Source: Piromyces finnis finn (lineage: Eukaryota > Fungi > Neocallimastigomycota). From it: a DNA stretch of 64,000 bases. Both the position numbers and the translations under genes were made by a program. The stretch's first letter is position 1. Every line of letters starts with the position of its first letter. Below, one piece after another: positions 53,810-64,000 of this stretch. The stretch is from NCBI GenBank assembly GCA_002104945.1, contig MCFH01000009.1, forward strand, positions 62,001 to 126,000. The letters run 5' to 3'. The notes beneath the pieces are model-generated. The model made no database searches, was not told where the DNA came from, and worked only from the letters and a program-made list of their open reading frames with translations.

Positions 53810-55100
53810 TACTTTTTTTTTATAAAAAAATACATTGATGGTGATTGTTTTAATACATAAATATATATATTGAAAAATTCGTATTATATATAAATTAATA
53901 TGATATTATAGTAAATAAATATATAAGAGAATTAATAGTATGGTTAGTATAAAGTTGTTTTTATTTATAAATAATATTAAAAATATTAAAAAGTAATAAA
54001 ACACAATTTTTTAAAAGAATGGTATAGTAGATGTTTATCCATTTATTTTAGTAAAATCAATATAGTATTTATTTAGAATAATAGTATTAAAATTATTATT
54101 ATTATTATCATTATTTTTAATGTGATATTTAAAATCCAAAGATAATATTAATCAATTTTCTAATTATATATATATTATTATTTAAAAACATTGAAGTGGT
54201 ATTGTTAAATAATAAAACTTACTTTCTATTTCTATTAAATTTTTTTTTTTTTTTTTTCTTTATATATATATATATTTTAAAAAATATGTCTTTATCTTTT
54301 TTTTTTATTTTGTTTTTAAATATATATATTTCTTTTTTTTTTTTTTTTTTTTTTTTTTGTATTACTTTTTTAAAATATCTTTTATATTAGCTATTTTCTA
54401 TTATTATATATATTCTATATTTTTTTTTTGCTAACTTTTTAAAGAAAAAGAAAAAAAAAAAATAAAAATTTTATTTATTTAATTATTATTTATTTATATT
54501 ACTTTGGTAGATTAAATTGATTCTTTTTGTTTCTTTATGATTTAAACATTAAAGATAATGTATACATTATATACATTATATACATTAAGCTTTATTTTAT
54601 TATTTACTTTTACCCTACTACCATAAAAACATGCCTACCATAAAATATGCCTACATGTGATGTATATATTAATTTATTTAATTTATAAAATGATAAAACA
54701 TTAATGTTTTTGCATTAAACAACAAATAAATATATCTATAGAAATATTTAAAAATCTCAAAACTTTAGTCCTTATATCTTTTTCACCAAAGATTTTTTTT
54801 TTTTTTTACCAACAACAACATCAACAACAATAAATAAAAAAAACTTTTTATAATAATTTCGTTTTTCGTTTGATTAAAATAGGTTTTATTTAATCTTATT
54901 TTAAACAAATTTTGAAAAAAGGAATCCTTATTTAAACCAACAATATCCTTTTTTAAATAAGTTGTACATCTACATATTTAATATTAATTATTATTATTTA
55001 TTTATTATGACATAATAAATGGTATATAATAATTAAGATATTAAATGTGGTTTTTTATGCTTTAAATAATAAAAAAAGGTTGCAAGGTTGAATAACAAAC

Positions 55101-56491
55101 TTAGATTTCAGCTAATTCACGAAGACGTCTAATGGTACTTCTGACAGTAACGGCAGCAGTAGTACTAAAAAATGAAAAAAAAAAAAAAAAACAATTAATA
55201 ATAGAAATTTTTATATTTGCCAATAACTTCCATAATAATACTTTTTTAAAAAGATGAAAAAGAAAAAAGCATTTTTCATTATTAATTCTTACCTAACTGA
55301 CCAAGCACCTCCAGCAATAGACTTACGACAACCCTTGCATTCCCAGATACCAACAGCAGTACGCTTGATAGCATCCTATTTTTATTACATTATATATTAA
55401 TATTTATAATTGTTAATTAATAGAATAAGTTGATATATTATAACTATTGTTTTAAGAATATTGTTATATTTTAAAGAAAACATTTATAATTTCTATTATT
55501 TACCTTTCCGCAGAATGGGCAGGTGTAACGAGAGTGTTGACTGATTTCAATCTTCTTGATTTGTTTTCTTAAGGAAGCACCATAACGAGTACCGTACTTA
55601 CCACAAACTCCAACCTTTCTAGTACGCTGTTATTATTATTATTATTTTTTTTAATTAAAACAATTTTTATTAGTACTTTCCCCTAATTATTAATTTATTT
55701 TTGATTAATATTAATATTTATTTACCTTGGCCTGATTATTAATTTTTTAAAAAACATATAAGAAATTTGAAATTTATAGATTAAAAAAAAAAAAAAAATT
55801 TAGATTAGTATATATATTAGAAATTTGATTTATTATTATTATTATTACTTTTTTTATAATATTAACATTATATTTATTTATTATTCCTAAAAAAAGCACA
55901 TATTATAAATATATTCCTAACTAAAATACAATATATTAAATAAATCTATAATCTTTGATTTTTAAATCTTCATCATTTATATAAATAATTTCATTTATTT
56001 AAAAAAGTATAGCAAATCTCGATTATATTATACTTTTTTTCTTTAAAAATGATTTTCTCTACTCTATATGTAATATTTTTTTTTTTTTTTTTTTTTTTTT
56101 ATTGATAATGAAATATTGAAATGTATATTTTAATTTCTTCCTTCTTTGTCCTTTTATGTTACATTGATTTTTATAAGAAAAAGATTGAATACATTGTAAT
56201 ATTCTTTATATATAAATATTTAAACATTGAGTGCGCATTTTTACAACTTTTATTTCCTGTTACTATTATTAATATACTTTGCATTAATTATAATCATCGA
56301 TTCCTTATTCTTTTTTTTTTTTTTTTTTTTTATATATATAAATTGTAACTAATATATTATAATATATTATCTTTTTAATAAAACAATTTAATTTAATATA
56401 TATAAAATTCCATAATTATATGAAATTACATATATAATAAATATATTCAAAATAAATTATCTATATATATATTTTTTTTAATTTTTACCAT
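55101..56491 (-). CDS. RPL43: 60S ribosomal protein eL43 (L37a), 5 coding exons
   Basis: Spliced protein: [60 protein letters not shown]...RRLRELAEI*. Exons are ATG (56489-56491, inferred), GCCAAG (55726-55731), 55504-55626, about 55292-55377 and about 55101-55164. Confidence 0.95.
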
Positions 56492-56780
56492 TTCTATTAA
56501 ATTATAAAAAATGTAAAAAGAAAGATTTAACTTGGCTCACGAATTCTAACAATATTTAATCATGACAAAATTTTTTTAAAAATTGTATTGTATTTATGTA
56601 CAATTTAAGTTTAGATCAAGGTTAGTGGACCACAATATAAACATGTATACATGATTTTTATCATCTGTATATCATATGAAACAAATATTATTAAACATAA
56701 ATATATGTATATTATATAAGTATTTAATTAAGTTTAAACTAAATACTTTTTTTTTGTTAATTGTAAAAGGAATATAGAAT

Positions 56781-57431
56781 ATGTCAGAAATAAATGCAAA
56801 AGAAATTTCAAAGCAAGCCAACGACTTGGTAAAGAAATAAATCTAATAAAATAATTTTATTTTCAGTTCCATTTTTTTTTAAAAGAAAGAGTATAAATTT
56901 CTAGATAAAAAAAATAATTTGTATAAATATATAATAATATTGAAATTTAAAATTTCTAGGGAACAAAAATTATTGAAGAAATTGATAAGGATAATCTTCA
57001 TTTTACCATTAATAAGTAATATAAATGAATATAGATAAAATAAAATAAAAAATATAATCATATTTAAATTAATTATAAAGAAATTAATAAATTAACATTA
57101 TTAATTTAAAATTATTTTATTTATATATTAAATAAAAAAGTGTAAATTACAATATTGAATTATATACAATTGATAATCTTCCAACAACATTATTCGATAA
57201 ATTATTCCAAATATTAAAGACTAATATGAAAAAACAATATCAAGCAGCCAATATAGGTTGGAATCAAAAGAAAAAAATAAAGGAAATGAAAGAAAAAGAT
57301 GCACATTATTTAGTCGTTACTACAGATAACAAGGAAATTGTTGGTTTCTTATATTTCCAATTTTCAACTGAAATGGATATGAAGGATGTAGAATATCCTG
57401 TATTTTATATGTAAATATTCAGAAATGCTTA

Positions 57432-57462
<31 letters not shown>

Positions 57463-57877
57463 TTGTCGTTATTGTTATTAGTATTTATTGTGTGAATTAA
57501 CAATATAATTTTAAAATGTTCAATTTATAGTATGGAAATTCAGCTTGTTAAAAAAGTAAGGAATCTTGGTATTGGGAAAAAGTTAATGGATATTGGTGAA
57601 CAATGGTCAAAATTACATAAATTCCAGAGACTTATGTTGACTGTATTTCTAAGTATATATGTGATATGATAAATAGGATAATTATAATTCATTTTAAATT
57701 TTTATAAATATTTAATTTATTTTTTTGTATGTATTAATTAAATAAGAAAATAAAGATGCCTATAGATTTTATGAAAAGCTCGGTTTTGTACCAGATGAAA
57801 TATCACCAAGTCAATGTTTAGATCCTGAAGAAGCTAAAGAATATGATTATGAAATTATGAGTAAAATGGTTGAATGA
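56781..57877 (+). CDS. NAT4: N-alpha-acetyltransferase 40 (NatD, GNAT fold)
   Basis: ILKTNMKKQYQAANIGW...KEMKEKDAHYLV...VGFLYFQFSTE, MEIQLVKKVRNLGIGKKLM, LMLTVFL and FYEKLGFVPDEISPS follow the Naa40/Nat4 pattern. The 5' exon structure is uncertain. Confidence 0.85.
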
Positions 57878-59692
57878 AAAACAGTAGTGATAATGATAAT
57901 AACAATATACTAATTTGTATCAATAGTTATTTTTTCATACTTAAGAAACTATTATTTGATCCTTTTTTAAATTATTTTATATCTTATACCCGAAAAAAAT
58001 AAATATTAATAAAATAATATATATTTTATAAATGATAAATTTTATAACATCATTTAATTTATCATGGTATGGCACAAATTTAAGTGATAATTAATGCAGT
58101 ATTTTTTGTAGAGTTTTATATATATATATATGTTAATTCTTTGGTATCCAAATTTAAAACAAAAATCCTATTAAATTAAATGATTAATTATCATTTAAAG
58201 TTTTTTAAATTAATAAAAGTAACAAAATTTTAGTTTTCCATATTTCCATATTAATAAATAATTACATATAATTACACTTAATCTTTATGTATTTGTGATA
58301 TATATATATATATATATTTTTCTTTCATTGTGGTATAATTAAGAATGTCGAAACTGAAACTGAATAGTATTATTATTATTATTATTTCATACAATTGCTA
58401 CTAAAAAGTAATATAAACAAGTTTGAGAACATGTTCATAAATTTTATTAAATAATTTTATTGTATTAGTAAAAAAAAAAAAAATATTTTGGCTATTTTAA
58501 TATAATATTTAAGATTGATAAGATAGATATTCATATAAAAAAAAAAGCAAAATGATTACTTATTTAAATATGTATATTAAAACTAATTTTAATAGTGGTT
58601 ATATTTTAAGGAAAGATAATAAAATATATATTGTTTTTAGCTTTTTAAAAATTTACTATTATAAGTAAACTTGATATATTGAATAATAGTTTACTAATAC
58701 TATAATACTATAGTCTTAATTTTTTTTTTTTTTTAATTATTTATCATATATCTTTTTTTTTTTTTTAATAAAAAGAATTTTAAATTAATTTTTATATTAA
58801 TCCAATTAAAATTAAAAATAATTAAAATTTAAAAAAAAAATTAATTATTTTACTTTGGAAAAAAAAAAATTAATTAAATGCTGAAAGTGAAAGTGTTAAA
58901 AATAACACTAGTAGTGGAAAAGAATGAAATTTCAAAAATATATTTCAATATAAATACAGTACTTTACAATTATTAACTTATACTATTAGTATAGTTTTAA
59001 AATCAATAAATTATATTTATAAGATACTTCAGATAAACATATCATATTCAAGTTATACTTTTTTTTTAATATCTTTTAACTTCGACAAACTAATATTCAT
59101 ATATAATAAACCTTCTTTGATTTATATATCAAAAATTACATTTCGTATAAACCACCATAATAAATTATAGTATTAAGATACAACATAACTATTCATATTT
59201 ATATTAATTATAATTTCATTTGATAAAAATAATAAGAAGATTTATAGGTATAATTCGTAATAATTAAAATATATTGAAAATAAAAAAAAAAAAAAAGTAA
59301 TTATCATTTTTAAATTAGAAAGTAAATAAATAATTAAACATATATTTTTATTAAGTATTAATTTACCTATACAAAGATTTATATATTTTTATTCCTTTCA
59401 CAGTTTATATAACAAATTTTCACAGTTATTATTTTGTTAATTAATTGTGGTAAAAGTTAACATTTTCATTTTTTATATTAAATGACAATTGACTGACAAT
59501 TATAAAAAATTATAGAAATAAAATAATGATATTAATAAATAATAACATTATGAAAAATATACAGTATATATTTATGATATAAAATAAAAAAAAATTCACA
59601 AATATTAAACATATAATAATAACTTTAATTAATATAAAATAATTACAAATTTGAGTTATTTGACTGAAATTTCAATAATATTATATACAAAC

Positions 59693-61111
<1,419 letters not shown>

Positions 61112-62681
61112 ATTTCATAATTAAAGTAATAAATCATTCTTAAACCAGATATTAATATTACTATATAAAAATATTATTATAGCAACACAAGAACATCAAT
61201 AAATATTTTATTAACAATTTAATTTATTTTTAACTTTATATAATTAACATTTATTTTCTAATTTCTAAATTAATATTTATTATGAAACTTTTATAAAAGT
61301 ATATATAATAATATACATATATAATTATATGGTAAATATATTTATAATATTTATAGATAATGTTTTATAATTATTTTTTATTCTGTCAATGAAAATTAAA
61401 CTATAGATTATTTATATAATATTTTATTTTTTTTTTTTTTTTTTAAAAATAATATTAATCAAAATTAAATATTTAATTGTTAAAAAAAAATAAAATAATA
61501 ATATAATGGAATAAAAGATATAAGTAAAAAAGAAAAAATTAATCAAAATTATTATTTAAAACTAATTTTAACTATTTTATGAATAACTAAAGGTCAGATA
61601 AAATGAAATAATACGTGTGACTAAATTAAAGAATTATGTATACCTTTGGTTTACAAAATAATTTACATTAGTAATTAAGCTAATTATAAAAACATTAATA
61701 ATTAAAATTATAACATAAAAACTTTAATTTATTTTGTTTTGCTTATTAAATATTCATTTTTTTTTAATCAGTGTTAATATTTAATTATTTAATAATATTT
61801 ATAAAGTATAAAATAATATGAATATCTTCATTATCTACTACTTTAATTATTATAAAGACTTATATCTTTTTTTTTTTTTTTTTAATTATTCTTTTTTCTT
61901 TTTTTTTTAAACATAATATATTATTATTTGAAAAATTTTTCTTCTCATTCTTGTTCTATTATAATTATTCTTAGTTAACGATTGTGAAAAGAAAGTTTAA
62001 TGAATAATGTAATTTAATATTAAAAATATAAAAATATTAAATATTTTAAAATTTGACATTGTCAAAAAAATCATTTAGCATAACTACCAATATTCATTCA
62101 TTTCATTATTTTAATGTAATTAAATTTAAACTTTAAATTATGATATTTATAATTATGGTTGACTTTATACTATGAAGATAACATTATAATTTTTAAATGA
62201 TATTAATAAAAGAAGACTTTTTGAATTTTAAATTTGAATTTAAAATTTGATTTAACCTATTATATAAAAGAGTAATAATTAATTCAATATAATTTTAAAG
62301 ATTATTTTTTTTTTTTATTTTTTTTTTTTCAATTGCTAATTAACGCTTTTTTATTCATGTTTAATACTTTTTTTTAAAATAAATAAATTATAAAAATGTA
62401 TATATAATTTTTATTTTTAAAAAAGAAATTATAAAATCTATTAACATAAAAATATATATGAATTATTTCTAAATTCAGTTATTGTTATTATTTTTGAAAT
62501 TTTACCAAAATATTTTCAAAATCACTAATAGTTAATTTTGAAGAATACCTTTTTTTTTTAACGAAAATCTATTATAATTAATTTAAAGAAAAATCTTTAA
62601 AATAATTTTAGTATTATATAAGTAAACTTAATTCAACAAAACATACATAACATTTATTTTATATAAAAATATTATAAAAAA

Positions 62682-64000
62682 ATGACTGAGGTTGATACAA
62701 GACCAACAAATCTTCATTTTATTAGAAGAATGGTATATTCTCTTTTTTTTTTTTTTTTTTTTATAATATTAAATAATTCTATTGGAATATAAAGGATCAT
62801 GGATTAAAAAATAATCATTATTATAATATATTATTATAATAGTGTTAAAAAATATGTTAATAGATAATATTAAATTAATTGTTGTTAAGAATATATATAC
62901 ATATGTTATTTTTATGATATACGTATATAATAGTATATATTATCCATTAAACCTTTTTAAGATTTAATATATATTAATACATGCATATAAACCCCAATTA
63001 TGTTCAATAATACCATAATTTATAGCAATATTGAATCTAATATATAGATACTATTATAATTAAAAATAATATCAACTTTAATCAAACATATATAAAAAAT
63101 ATAATTATGATATATAATGAATTTTTTTAATTATTAAAAGTTATATTATATAAGAAATATACATAATTAATAATTTTTATATATGTTTTGAAATATAGTT
63201 TGGTTCAAGTTCTGGAAGTATTTCAAATGATTCATCACTTAAGGATAAAGATAAACAAAAAAGTAATAGTCAAGAAATTAACAAATCAGCAATTGCATCT
63301 GATTTAAAATTAGGTAGACCAGAACATAAAAATGTTCCATTGAAAAATAGAAAAAAATTAGTAGTAGTAGGAGATGGTGCTTGTGGAAAAACTTCACTTT
63401 TATTAGTACAAAGTGGAAAACCTTTCCCAGAGGTATATCTAATTAATTCTATTACTATTAAAATAACATTACTATATTATCATAATTCCATAAAAACTTA
63501 TAAAATTTTAATTATATGCATTTCATTTTATTCATACTAAATACTAATATATATTTTCATAATTATTATATTATTTTAACATTTTATTATTAAAGGGTTA
63601 TGTTCCAACAGTGTTTGAAAATTATTTATCAGCTTTTTGGGTCGATAATAAACCAGTAGAATTAGCATTATGGGATACAGCAGGTCAAGAAGACTATGAT
63701 AGATTAAGACCTCTTTCCTATCCAGATGCTGATATTGTTTTAATTTGCTTCTCAATAGGATATCCAGAATCATATTATAATGTGGATGAAAAAGTAAGTA
63801 GATAAAAAACAAAGTTTAATATTTTATAACATCATAATTATATTATACAAATATATTCATTATATTATTAAAATATTATTTTTTTTAACATATTGAAATA
63901 ATAATATTTTGTAGTGGCATCCTGAAACAAGACATTTTTGTGATGATGTCCCAACCATCTTAGTTGGTTTAAAGAAAGATTTAAGAGATGATACTGATGT
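62682..64000 (+). CDS. Rho-family GTPase with N-terminal extension (Rho4-like), truncated by the window end
   Basis: [47 protein letters not shown] and [10 protein letters not shown]. About 65 extra N-terminal residues come from exon 62682-62732 and the start of the exon at 63200. Confidence 0.9.

Noticed and set aside
55733-56488. Intronic snoRNA in the long RPL43 intron
   Set aside because: I found no convincing C/D box pair or H/ACA structure; Infernal/snoscan would be needed.

Overview
Extremely AT-rich, intron-rich eukaryotic DNA. A GH11 xylanase with tandem fungal dockerins points to an anaerobic gut fungus (Neocallimastigomycota); this is an inference. I reconstructed the genes by hand from GT-AG boundaries: an orphan secreted protein, an EPS1-like transmembrane PDI, a very large Asn/RS-rich protein with two RanBP2 zinc fingers, a Sel1-repeat protein, SEY1, an intronless GH11-dockerin xylanase, an apparently broken annexin, a TXNDC17-like thioredoxin, an Azf1-like C2H2 factor, EMC4, RPL43, NAA40, a Cys-rich/TM/SH3 receptor-like protein and a partial Rho GTPase. 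The most notable element is a complete, very young Ty1/copia retrotransposon at 44693-50686 (minus strand). It has apparently identical 235-bp LTRs, a TAGTT target-site duplication and an intact ORF. Its primer-binding site is complementary to the anticodon arm of tRNA-Lys(CUU), which suggests half-tRNA priming with Lys, and it has a ~500-aa integrase-RT spacer. I found no rRNA, tRNA gene or CRISPR array. No database searches or alignments were run, so family calls rest on motif recognition. Most other short ORFs in the track are shadow frames of low-complexity sequence.
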